This document shows, piece by piece, positions 10,687-19,365 of a stretch of DNA of 64,000 bases. The stretch is from NCBI GenBank assembly GCA_963743305.1, contig CAVUPH010000014.1:352001-416000 (forward strand), given 5' to 3'. This stretch comes from an uncultured delta proteobacterium. Lineage in GTDB: Bacteria > Desulfobacterota > RBG-13-43-22. The position numbers and the translations under genes were made by a program. Numbering within the stretch: position 1 is the first letter of the stretch; each line of letters begins with the position of its first letter. The notes under the pieces were generated by a model. The model saw only the letters and a program-made list of their open reading frames with translations. It ran no database searches and had not been told where the DNA came from.

Positions 10687-12030
10687 CTATTTCAGATCCC
10701 GCAGGAACTTGGGAATGTGGGCGGCTTCCCGCGGTCCGACCTTGATCGTCCAACCCGGCAATTCTTCTTCCAGGTCCCCGGCAATGGAGGCCGCATACCC
10801 CGGAATGATCAGGTTGCGGTGTTTCACCTTGTCGGCGATTCCGGATTTCTTGATAAAAATCCCCACGGCGTCCCCGACGAATTTTCCGGCCGCCCAGGCG
10901 GTCATGACCGACAAGCCCTCGGTGTCCATAATGCAGAGCCAGGTGGGCACGCGGCTGCCTTCGATCTCTCCCGAGACGATAAAATAGGTCAGGGAGAAGT
11001 TGGAGGTCACGCAAACCGGCGAATTTTCATCCGGGCCGTTGATTTCGTAGATGCCCTGGGTAACCGTCATGGGCCGCTGCGGGTCGGTAAAGATGTTCAG
11101 CCGTTCCAGCAGGAGAGGGAAGATGGACTGGCCTTCGAAATCGGACAAGACCAGCACCCCGGCATACTTGGCCACCATGAGGGCCCCGAACAGGGTCTCG
11201 GTTTCCAGATCCGGGGCCATATCACAGGGAAAGCAGATGGTGGGAAAACCGAGCGCCTTTTCCTTCTGGGCTAAAGCGGTCCGACGGATGGCCACCTGGT
11301 CTTCCAGGACCTTTTTGATCGTCCGGGCCCCGGAGTCCAGCACCAGGTCCTTCAATCCGGCCTGGGTCAGTTTGTTGGACAAGGCGATCAGTTCATCCAG
11401 ACCGTCCCCCTTGACCGCCAGAGGACATTTGGCTTCCTTGGCCAGTTCGCCCATGACTTCCACATTGTCCTTGGTGGCCGCATAGAGCAGCGGGTTGCCG
11501 CCGGGACAGGCCGCCACACCGGCTTTCAACACTTCGGGCTTATCGCTCATCAGGATCAAACTGAAATTGCTGGTTTCGAAGACCTGTTTGACGACCGCGG
11601 CAAAGGCGGCGGCATCGCCGTTCAGGTCTTTGACCGCCACCATTTCAGGACGCAGGTTCAACCCCACGCGTTCGTACTGAAAGCTATCCCATTTGCGCAG
11701 TTTGGCCGAAACGGTGTCGGCTTTCATGTCGCTGGTCAGCAGGGCACCCAGTCCGGTGGGATTGAAAAATGTTTTTTCATGACGGAATAGAACGGTTTCT
11801 CCACCGGTTTTCACGGCGTGATCGCCGGCACCGATGGTCAGTGGACGAATCGGCGGGGCCGAGGCTTCAGCCAACTGGGCCTTGGCCTCTTCGGAAACAT
11901 AAGGACACAAAGCCAGCTCGGCCTTGCCGGCAGCCAGGTTCATGGCAAAGGCCAGACACGTCGGTACTCCACACTCACCACAATTCGTTTTGGGAAGCAG
12001 CTTGAAAATTTGAATTCCTGTTAGACCCAT
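10687..12030 (-). CDS. acsC: Corrinoid iron-sulfur protein large (gamma) subunit
   Basis: LPKTNCGECGVPTCLAFA...CP Fe-S domain, GGETVLFRHEK, IFTDPQRP, TSNFSLTY and GPREA motifs. Confidence 0.96.
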   Translation of the reverse strand: MGLTGIQIFKLLPKTNCGECGVPTCLAFAMNLAAGKAELALCPYVSEEAKAQLAEASAPPIRPLTIGAGDHAVKTGGETVLFRHEKTFFNPTGLGALLTSDMKADTVSAKLRKWDSFQYERVGLNLRPEMVAVKDLNGDAAAFAAVVKQVFETSNFSLILMSDKPEVLKAGVAACPGGNPLLYAATKDNVEVMGELAKEAKCPLAVKGDGLDELIALSNKLTQAGLKDLVLDSGARTIKKVLEDQVAIRRTALAQKEKALGFPTICFPCDMAPDLETETLFGALMVAKYAGVLVLSDFEGQSIFPLLLERLNIFTDPQRPMTVTQGIYEINGPDENSPVCVTSNFSLTYFIVSGEIEGSRVPTWLCIMDTEGLSVMTAWAAGKFVGDAVGIFIKKSGIADKVKHRNLIIPGYAASIAGDLEEELPGWTIKVGPREAAHIPKFLRDLK

Positions 12031-12179
12031 GCTCATCTCCTTATAAAATCGCGCAGCGATTTTATAAATGCAAAACCTCCGGCTGCGCTCATTTTAATCT
12101 GATCTCCCGTCAGGGGTGGATTAAAGGTAATGGTTGTGGGCGGGCTTGCGCCCGCCCTTTATAAAATTTCGAAGAAATT

Positions 12180-14393
12180 TTATCCGACAATGGACTCCAT
12201 GGAAACGGCCGGGTGCCCTTTTTCCTGAAGCCAGGGCAGGATCTCGTCCTCGGTCAGGCCCACAGTCTCATCGGCGATCATGTCGACGAGATTGGGGTAA
12301 CCCATTTCCGCTCCCCTTTTCAGCAGCCGTTCGCGGATTTCTTCCTTGAGCTGCTTGGGCATCCAGACCATGCGCAGTAAGCCGCCGTCGCCGGCGACGA
12401 ATTTACCCTGGGTGATGTTGAACTTGCTGTGGCCCACGAAACCGGGGGAAGAGGCCCCGCCGCCCATCACGCCGGCCAGAGTGGTGAATTTCATCCCGGA
12501 GGGGGTCATGCCGGTGTAGTCCCGGTTGACGGTCATGATGCCGTTGCAGGAAGGCAGCACGGCGGCAATGCACTCGCAGCAACCGCAAGTGGTCATGGGG
12601 TCCACCACCAGGCTGTAGAAATTATAATGATCGACCTTTTGCCGGGAGGCCTTATAGACAAAGTCGTTGACCCCTTTCCACTGACCCATCTTGGGATCCA
12701 GACATTCCCCCTTTTGTACCGGCTGGTTGGGACCGGTGGGATTGATTTCAAAAGAAGCCTTGCAATCCATCCAATTGTAGGCGCCGCACAGTCCGGTCCG
12801 TTCCGGGCTGACCATGCAGACGTGACTGGGGGCGAAGGACTGGCAGAGGGTGCAGGAATAGTAGGTCTCCACCGACTCATCGGTCATTTTCTCCACCCGT
12901 TCATCCCGGGTCCGGTAAATCTGTCGGGCCTCTTTGGTCAGCTTGTCCACGTCTTCCTTCTTCGTATAAAGGGTTACCTGGACCTTGTCTAAAATGGAGC
13001 CGAAGTCCTGGTGGAACTTAGCGTGGATGATCACCCCGATGTCTTTCAGGGTAAAGCCTTTCTGTACGGCCGGTTCACCGACCCGGACCCAGGCGATGTC
13101 CCGCTGCCCGATATGCATGATGCCCTGGGCATAGTTGATCAGGTGATGGATCTGGCGTTCCAGGATGGGCTCAAAGTCCTCCTGCATCTGCCGACCGGCT
13201 ACCTGGACGAAAATTCCCAGGGGCAGGCGATCGCCCTTTTTGCTGTCGGCTACGTCCGGACCCAGAACCTCGACCTTGCCGTCCTCGATGGCGTTCATGT
13301 CGACCATGCGGACCAACTCGGTGGCCTGAGTCTTACCGCCGCCCAGCTCTAAATAGAGATCCTCTTTTCGGACCCGTTCCCCCTCGAAGGCCGGGCCGTA
13401 GGCCAGGGGAATGGCGACATTGGCCACCGTGACCTTCAAGCCCCGGATCTCGATGGATCTCTGGGGCATTTCCCGGTGGGGCACATTAGCCACCACGTGT
13501 TCGTAGGTGCAGACCCCGGTGGGCAGGATTTCCGGTATATCGGTATCGGCGATGGTGGGGAAGCCCCAGTTCACGCAACCGGCGGCATTGGCCGCCCATT
13601 CGGCGCCGACATCCCCCAAGGCATTGACAAAGGCAAAGATTCGGTCCTTGTTATAAAGCAACATCTTCTTGTAATCGCCGGGTTTAACCCCGCCGAAGGC
13701 CATGGCCGCCCGGTTGGCAAAACCCAGGGCGAAAACCGCGGCCGAGATGTCCGGGCCGAAGGGCACCAGACGGGTGTTCCAGCCGATCTGCACCCCGGCC
13801 TGCAGGAGCTGCTCGGAAAAGGTGGTGCCGTTCTGGTTGGCGCACATGAAAACATAAAGGTTTTTCTTCTGGTATTCTTCGGCGATAAACTTGGCCGTTT
13901 CGGGATCCGGGGCGGCGCCGACAATGGCCGCAAATCCCGGAGCGGAACCGTCCACGAATTCCACGCCCCTTTTACGAAAAACCGTGTCCTCGGCGGCGCC
14001 CAGCCAGATCTTGCCGGCCGCCTCATCGATGTCTTCGCTGACCAGATAGAAGTCGGGGTCTTCCAGATAGCGGATGCATTCCGATACCTCTTCGGCGAAG
14101 AGGGTGGCCATCCCGGCATCCAACAAAGGCCCTAAATAAGGCAAGTGGGTCATGTTCTTGACGTGGGCCGGAAGGAGCTTCCGGGCTATTTCCATGGGTT
14201 TCTGGGCATCTCCCAGGGTTTTTACCGGGATACCCAAGATGGAGTAAATGATCGGTAAATAATAAGCGGTATTGGGAAACTCGATCTTTTGATCGGGGCC
14301 GTATTTTTCAATGGCTTTCTTGAGAGTCCCCTCGCCTTTGGAAACGATGTTATAAGCGCCCTGAATGGCCGCAAAAGCAACTAATTTAGACAT
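12180..14393 (-). CDS. acsB: Acetyl-CoA synthase (A-cluster subunit of CODH/ACS)
   Basis: FPNTAYYLP, YSCTLCQSFAPSHVC, GLCGA and PMTTCGC A-cluster motifs; 737 aa. Confidence 0.97.
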   Translation of the reverse strand: MSKLVAFAAIQGAYNIVSKGEGTLKKAIEKYGPDQKIEFPNTAYYLPIIYSILGIPVKTLGDAQKPMEIARKLLPAHVKNMTHLPYLGPLLDAGMATLFAEEVSECIRYLEDPDFYLVSEDIDEAAGKIWLGAAEDTVFRKRGVEFVDGSAPGFAAIVGAAPDPETAKFIAEEYQKKNLYVFMCANQNGTTFSEQLLQAGVQIGWNTRLVPFGPDISAAVFALGFANRAAMAFGGVKPGDYKKMLLYNKDRIFAFVNALGDVGAEWAANAAGCVNWGFPTIADTDIPEILPTGVCTYEHVVANVPHREMPQRSIEIRGLKVTVANVAIPLAYGPAFEGERVRKEDLYLELGGGKTQATELVRMVDMNAIEDGKVEVLGPDVADSKKGDRLPLGIFVQVAGRQMQEDFEPILERQIHHLINYAQGIMHIGQRDIAWVRVGEPAVQKGFTLKDIGVIIHAKFHQDFGSILDKVQVTLYTKKEDVDKLTKEARQIYRTRDERVEKMTDESVETYYSCTLCQSFAPSHVCMVSPERTGLCGAYNWMDCKASFEINPTGPNQPVQKGECLDPKMGQWKGVNDFVYKASRQKVDHYNFYSLVVDPMTTCGCCECIAAVLPSCNGIMTVNRDYTGMTPSGMKFTTLAGVMGGGASSPGFVGHSKFNITQGKFVAGDGGLLRMVWMPKQLKEEIRERLLKRGAEMGYPNLVDMIADETVGLTEDEILPWLQEKGHPAVSMESIVG

Positions 14394-14427
14394 GGATAGT
14401 GTTCTCCTTTCTTAGGGGTCGCTCGAA

Positions 14428-16470
14428 TTAAACCGCCGCCAGCTTCTGCCGGTCGGCCATATCCATGAGCACCCGCTCACGGGCCTTGTCAATACCCAAG
14501 GCTTTACGTTTGGCGTCGATATGGGCTATCATCTTGTGGGCCATTTCGTAGGGATCTTCAACCAGATCCCATTTGCCGCCAAATACATTTTCCATCCCGT
14601 TAAACAAATAGTCCTGGAACACCGGGGACCCGGACGTTTGGAGGGCCACTCCAAACAGGGTATAGACCCCGGAAGCCACAAAGTATTGCCCGATGGAAAT
14701 GGCCTTCTCGCTCATCCATTCGGGCGCGCAACCGGCCGCCGGAAGGTCACTGATGTCGTTTCCCAACCCTCCGGCCTTGACTACTTCAGTAGCGGCCATC
14801 AGAATCCGGCTGTTATCCACGCAGGACCCCATGTGCAGGACCGGCGGGATCCCCACGGTTTCGCAGACTTCCGCCAACCCGGGGCCGCAGAAAACCCGCG
14901 CCGCCTCAGGGGTGAGGAGGCCGGCCTTGCCGCAGGCCATGGCGTTGCAACCGGTGGTCAGGACGATGACATCGTTTTTCAACAGTTCCTTGACGACAAT
15001 CAAGTGCGCGCTGTCATGCATGGTTCGGGCATTATTGCAGCCCACCACGCCGCCGATACCGCGGATCCGGCCGTTAATAATATTATCGTTTAAGGGGGTG
15101 TACGACCCTCGGAAGGTCCCGCCCAAATGATAGTTGATGGCTTCATAACTGAAGCCAACGACCATTTTTTCCTTGTCTTTGGGGATGAGTACCTCAGCGC
15201 TTCGGTTGGTATAGTTGTCAATAGCGGTCTTGACAATCCGTTTGGCGTCTTCCAGGGCATGATGTTCGTCAAATTGGATGTGCACGGTATCGCCGGAAGC
15301 GATTTTGCATCGGGTATTGGTGGTAATCAGCTTGGTATGGTAACACTGGGCCACGTTGGCCAGGTTCTCCATGATGCACTGGACATCGACCACCATGGCA
15401 TCCACCGCCCCGGTAATGATCGCTAGTTCCTGCTGCAGATAATTACCGGCAATGGGCATGCCGTGACGGACCAGGATCTCATTTGCCGTGCAACACATGC
15501 CGGCCAGGACGATCCCTTTGGCCCCCTTGGTGGCGGCGTACTGAAGCATCTCCGGGTCCTGAGAGGCCACGACGATCATTTCGGATAGCAGGGGTTCATG
15601 ACCATGGACAATGATATTGACATGATCTTTTTTCAAAACCCCCAAATTGATTTCCCCATGAACCGGATAGGGGGTCCCGAAGAGAACGTCCTGCATATCG
15701 GTGGCCATCATGGATCCGGCCCAACCGTCGGCCAAGGCGGCCCGCGATCCCTGTTTCATCAGGTTTTTATAATCCTGATCCACGCCCATATGGGTGCGGT
15801 GCATGATTTCGACGATCTCCCGGTCGATGCCGCGGGGGATGACGTCCAATTTTTTCCAAAGATCATAGCGGGCCTTGGGAGCGCGTTTGGCATAATAGAT
15901 TTCGCCCTCCTGCTTGCCCCATTCTCCTAATATTTTTTCACCTACCTCCACGGCGATGTCGTAAATATCCCGGTCTTTTTCTTCTCCGTCCACCATCACC
16001 GTTTTAGCTACCCCAAAATCTCCGGCGATTTCTTTCAATTTAACTTCATCTTTGATTTTATAATCCTCTGACTCTTTACGGGCGGCCGACAAAAAGACTT
16101 CGGCCACTCCGCGACCATGGTCGGAGTGGGCCGCCGCACCGGCGGCGATCATCCGGACAAAGTTACGGGCGGCAATGGTCTCCGGAGTGGCCCCGCAGAG
16201 ACCCATACGGGAATCCTTTCCTTCCAGATCCTTTTTAGTTAAAGGAAGGCGGCAAGGACCCTGGGCACACATCTTACAACAGGTTCCCTGAATCCCGATA
16301 TTACACGGTTTCATGGAATCGGCCCGATCAAAGATCGTTTCCACCCCATCCTGCTGGGCCTTATAGAGCATGGTAATGGTGGCCGGATCAACGCTCTTTT
16401 CTTCGGGTTTGATTTTCTTCTTTTCTTTCTCCACAACCTTCAATGTTTCTTTGGCTTCTTCTGATGCCAT
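14428..16470 (-). CDS. cooS: Ni-dependent carbon monoxide dehydrogenase catalytic subunit (AcsA/CooS)
   Basis: D/B-cluster motif C-x7-CC-x2-C-x4-C, HSDHGR, and C-cluster ligands HGHEP, CCTANE, DVQC, GCNN, TTGC, GSCVDN and MSEKA. Confidence 0.97.
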   Translation of the reverse strand: MASEEAKETLKVVEKEKKKIKPEEKSVDPATITMLYKAQQDGVETIFDRADSMKPCNIGIQGTCCKMCAQGPCRLPLTKKDLEGKDSRMGLCGATPETIAARNFVRMIAAGAAAHSDHGRGVAEVFLSAARKESEDYKIKDEVKLKEIAGDFGVAKTVMVDGEEKDRDIYDIAVEVGEKILGEWGKQEGEIYYAKRAPKARYDLWKKLDVIPRGIDREIVEIMHRTHMGVDQDYKNLMKQGSRAALADGWAGSMMATDMQDVLFGTPYPVHGEINLGVLKKDHVNIIVHGHEPLLSEMIVVASQDPEMLQYAATKGAKGIVLAGMCCTANEILVRHGMPIAGNYLQQELAIITGAVDAMVVDVQCIMENLANVAQCYHTKLITTNTRCKIASGDTVHIQFDEHHALEDAKRIVKTAIDNYTNRSAEVLIPKDKEKMVVGFSYEAINYHLGGTFRGSYTPLNDNIINGRIRGIGGVVGCNNARTMHDSAHLIVVKELLKNDVIVLTTGCNAMACGKAGLLTPEAARVFCGPGLAEVCETVGIPPVLHMGSCVDNSRILMAATEVVKAGGLGNDISDLPAAGCAPEWMSEKAISIGQYFVASGVYTLFGVALQTSGSPVFQDYLFNGMENVFGGKWDLVEDPYEMAHKMIAHIDAKRKALGIDKARERVLMDMADRQKLAAV

Positions 16471-16528
16471 ATTATGTTCCTCCTTGATGTACAGTCTCCA
16501 GAAGGACTGTCTTCCTGCCAGATACTGA

Positions 16529-18088
16529 TTAGCTTCTTTTATTTACTCGATTAATTTGGGCCAGCAATTTATCTACGGGAGAAAGTTGGATTGCCGCCGC
16601 TTTCATCACCTTCGGCCCTTCAGCCCCAGGGGCTTCTTTTCCCGCGTCTCGCTTAGCCCTTTCGGCAGCCCTGGCTGCGGCTAAGGTCTCCTCCGCGGCC
16701 TGGGCCTGGGCCTTGGCTTCTTCTTTGGCCTTTCGTTCGGCCTCTTCCTTAGCCTTGACTGCCGCTTCAGCCTGGGCCTTGGCCGCTGCTGCCTCCTGGG
16801 CCTTGGCCGCCGCTGCCGCTTTGGCCTGGGCTTCGGCCTCAGCTTTGACCTTCGCCTCGGCATCGGCTTTGGCTTTGGCCGCTGCCGCCGCGTCGACCGG
16901 GGGCGCCTCTTTCGGAGCGGCGGCCGGGGCTTCCGGTTTCGCCGCCGCCACGGGTTTGGCCGCGGCCGCCGGTTTGGGGGCCGTGGCTTCCTTGGGGACG
17001 GCGGCTTTTTCTTTCGGTGGAGCCGCGGCTTTCTTCTCTTCCTTTACAGCCGCGGCGGTTTTGACGATTTCCGGATAATTTCCTTCCGGCTTGACGTTCA
17101 GGGCTTTGTATTTAGCCGCCAGATCGGCAGGGGCCAGGACCGTATCCCCGGTAATCAGCAGGTCGATAAATTTCCGGACCAGTTTGGCGGTCTCGGGATG
17201 GCGGAGAATCAACAGGTCCGATCCGGCCAACAGATACGACACCGCGGCGACCGCTTCCATCAGGACACCCCGTTTGGCCGCTTCCCCCAAGGTGGGGGCC
17301 TCCTCGGTGGTCAACTTGGCTTCTTTAGACTTCCAGACTTCATTGCCTACGTTATTGATCAGGGCATATTGGAGTTTGTCGTCCTCCTGGGCCAGGGCCG
17401 CCATCCGAATCCGTTCCATGACCGAATAGGAATATTCCAGCCCGTACCCCAAACCGCCGGTAGTCGGATCGACAATGATCCGTTCCTTAGGGACGCCCAA
17501 GTTTTCCAGCAGGATGTTGAGCTGCTTGGCCAAATTGACGTCGATGGGGGTTGAAGAGATGACCGTGTGATTATAGGCCATGGCCGAGGCCCCGATCTGT
17601 TTATGATTCCCTTCGGCCACCGGTCCCAGGGTTAAATTGGCGCCCTGACAATCCTCGCTGATTTTCCGCAGGACTTCGGCATCTTTTTTTTCATTCCCCG
17701 ATCCCCAAATAATCACGGGAACCTCGACCGCCTTCAAGACCTTCTGGACGGTTTGGCTAGCCTCTTCCGGCCCTTTATCCAGGCCGTTGGGATCGGTGCT
17801 TTTGAGTTGAATGACAATGGCCTCGGCGCCGAAATCCTTGACACACTTGGAGGCCCAGGCCGCCGGGTCATCCAGGACATCTTGATAGGGCGCCAAGGCC
17901 GAATCCGGCCAGTCATCGGGTCGCATATCCCAGATCTCCATGGCAATCCGGGGCGGATGGGGTAGGTTCCCCTCAAATAAATAGAAAGGGTAGGAATCTT
18001 CCCCTCCCAACGTTATCGGATTGTTTTTGCCGATTGAAACCGGATTGATTTTGCCCGAATACGTCGCTTTTGGAATTTCAAAGGCCAA
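16529..18088 (-). CDS. acsD: Corrinoid iron-sulfur protein small (delta) subunit with a long Ala/Lys/Pro/Glu-rich C-terminal extension
   Basis: DVNLAKQLN, DPTTGGLGYGLEYSYSVMERIR and LRHP motifs; TTG start with an AAGGAGG RBS; low-complexity tail. Confidence 0.93.
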   Translation of the reverse strand: MAFEIPKATYSGKINPVSIGKNNPITLGGEDSYPFYLFEGNLPHPPRIAMEIWDMRPDDWPDSALAPYQDVLDDPAAWASKCVKDFGAEAIVIQLKSTDPNGLDKGPEEASQTVQKVLKAVEVPVIIWGSGNEKKDAEVLRKISEDCQGANLTLGPVAEGNHKQIGASAMAYNHTVISSTPIDVNLAKQLNILLENLGVPKERIIVDPTTGGLGYGLEYSYSVMERIRMAALAQEDDKLQYALINNVGNEVWKSKEAKLTTEEAPTLGEAAKRGVLMEAVAAVSYLLAGSDLLILRHPETAKLVRKFIDLLITGDTVLAPADLAAKYKALNVKPEGNYPEIVKTAAAVKEEKKAAAPPKEKAAVPKEATAPKPAAAAKPVAAAKPEAPAAAPKEAPPVDAAAAAKAKADAEAKVKAEAEAQAKAAAAAKAQEAAAAKAQAEAAVKAKEEAERKAKEEAKAQAQAAEETLAAARAAERAKRDAGKEAPGAEGPKVMKAAAIQLSPVDKLLAQINRVNKRS

Positions 18089-18520
18089 CGGTTGTTCCTC
18101 CTTTAACGATTGATATAGTTAATTCCGTGAATTTTTGAACAATCAGAAACCTTACTTCCCACTTTCTACTGACCCGCTTTGTTTGATTAACCACAGTTTC
18201 TAACGCCTAACGACCCAATAAGGCAGGAAAAAACGGGAAGAAGTGACTTTTTTCGTCACTTTTCTACGATATAAGGACTTCTTAATGGAGACAATAGGCT
18301 TTGTCAAGAAAAAATCTTTAGTGTTTATCGCAGATTATAGGGAAGGGAGTCCTAAAAAGTTTTCACTCAAATAAAGCTATAAAGAAGCTGAAGTAAATTA
18401 AGGTGGTTATCGTATTCTGAGGCCTTAAGGCGATTTATATCAGCGCCTAACGGGCCTTGAAAAAAGCTGACCCCCCTATTGGAAGAGTCCCATCAAGGTT
18501 AGTAGCAGGGCGTCAGTATA

Positions 18521-18536
18521 CCACTATATATAGTGT
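18521..18536. promoter_or_regulatory. NrdR-box-like palindrome upstream of acsD
   Basis: CCACTATATATAGTGT, with a perfect 14-bp palindromic core; 15/16 match to the NrdR consensus ACACWATATATWGTGT. Confidence 0.45.
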
Positions 18537-18597
18537 TATAAGGTATTAATCGAATCGTTTATCTAAGATTAAGATAATGCTCCAAAGGCCCATACTA

Positions 18598-19362
18598 TTA
18601 CTGCACCTGTCCAAAGAGGGTTTCAAAAAGGGTAAACGCCGTTTTTACGGCCGGCGCCTCGTCGGGCAGGGTAAAGGTCGGCTTTCCCTCCTTGTCGTAT
18701 TGGTAGATGTGATCGTCTTGTGGAACCACCCCCAACAGGCGGAGATCGTTTTTTTCCAGGAGATCTTTCCATTCTTGCCATTGGCCGTCATCCTTTTGTT
18801 CCGCCTGGTTGATAATGACGTATTTGTTAATAACGGTCAGGCCTAACTCCCGGGTTAATTCCCCGATCCGGACAGCGGCCTGCAGACCTCGGCGGGAGCC
18901 GTCGGAAACAATCAAGAGCAAGTCAATATGACGGGTGGTCAACCGGCTGACATGCTCCATGCCGGCCTCGTTATCCACCACCAGATAGCGGTAATTATGG
19001 GTTAACTTTTCTATCACCTCCGAGAGTAAGTTGTTGGCCGCACAGTAACAACCCTGACCTTCGGGACGCCCCATGACAATCAGGTCAAAGCCTTCGGCTT
19101 CTACCAAGGCCTGCTGAATGCGCATATCCATGAAGATGTCCTTGGTCATCCCTTCAATACCGCCCTTTTTCATTTCTTCCCGGGCATCGCCTATGGTGTT
19201 GGTGTAGGTAACTCCCAAGACCTCGTTTAAATTGGCGTTGGCGTCCGCGTCGACCGCTAAGACCGGTTTCAGACCGTTTTTCAACATATAGCGGATCAGC
19301 AGACCGGCCATAGTGGTCTTTCCGGTTCCCCCTTTTCCAGCTAAGGCAATGGTAAAACTCAA
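18598..19362 (-). CDS. cooC: CODH/ACS nickel-insertion ATPase (CooC/AcsF)
   Basis: Deviant Walker A GKGGTGKT, DADAN, GCYC Ni-binding motif, DNEAGMEH. Confidence 0.93.
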   Translation of the reverse strand: MSFTIALAGKGGTGKTTMAGLLIRYMLKNGLKPVLAVDADANANLNEVLGVTYTNTIGDAREEMKKGGIEGMTKDIFMDMRIQQALVEAEGFDLIVMGRPEGQGCYCAANNLLSEVIEKLTHNYRYLVVDNEAGMEHVSRLTTRHIDLLLIVSDGSRRGLQAAVRIGELTRELGLTVINKYVIINQAEQKDDGQWQEWKDLLEKNDLRLLGVVPQDDHIYQYDKEGKPTFTLPDEAPAVKTAFTLFETLFGQVQ

Positions 19363-19365
19363 AGT

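Noticed and set aside
18125-18142. Rex operator upstream of acsD
   Set aside because: Only 10/14 match to TTGTGAA-N4-TTCACAA, too weak to call.
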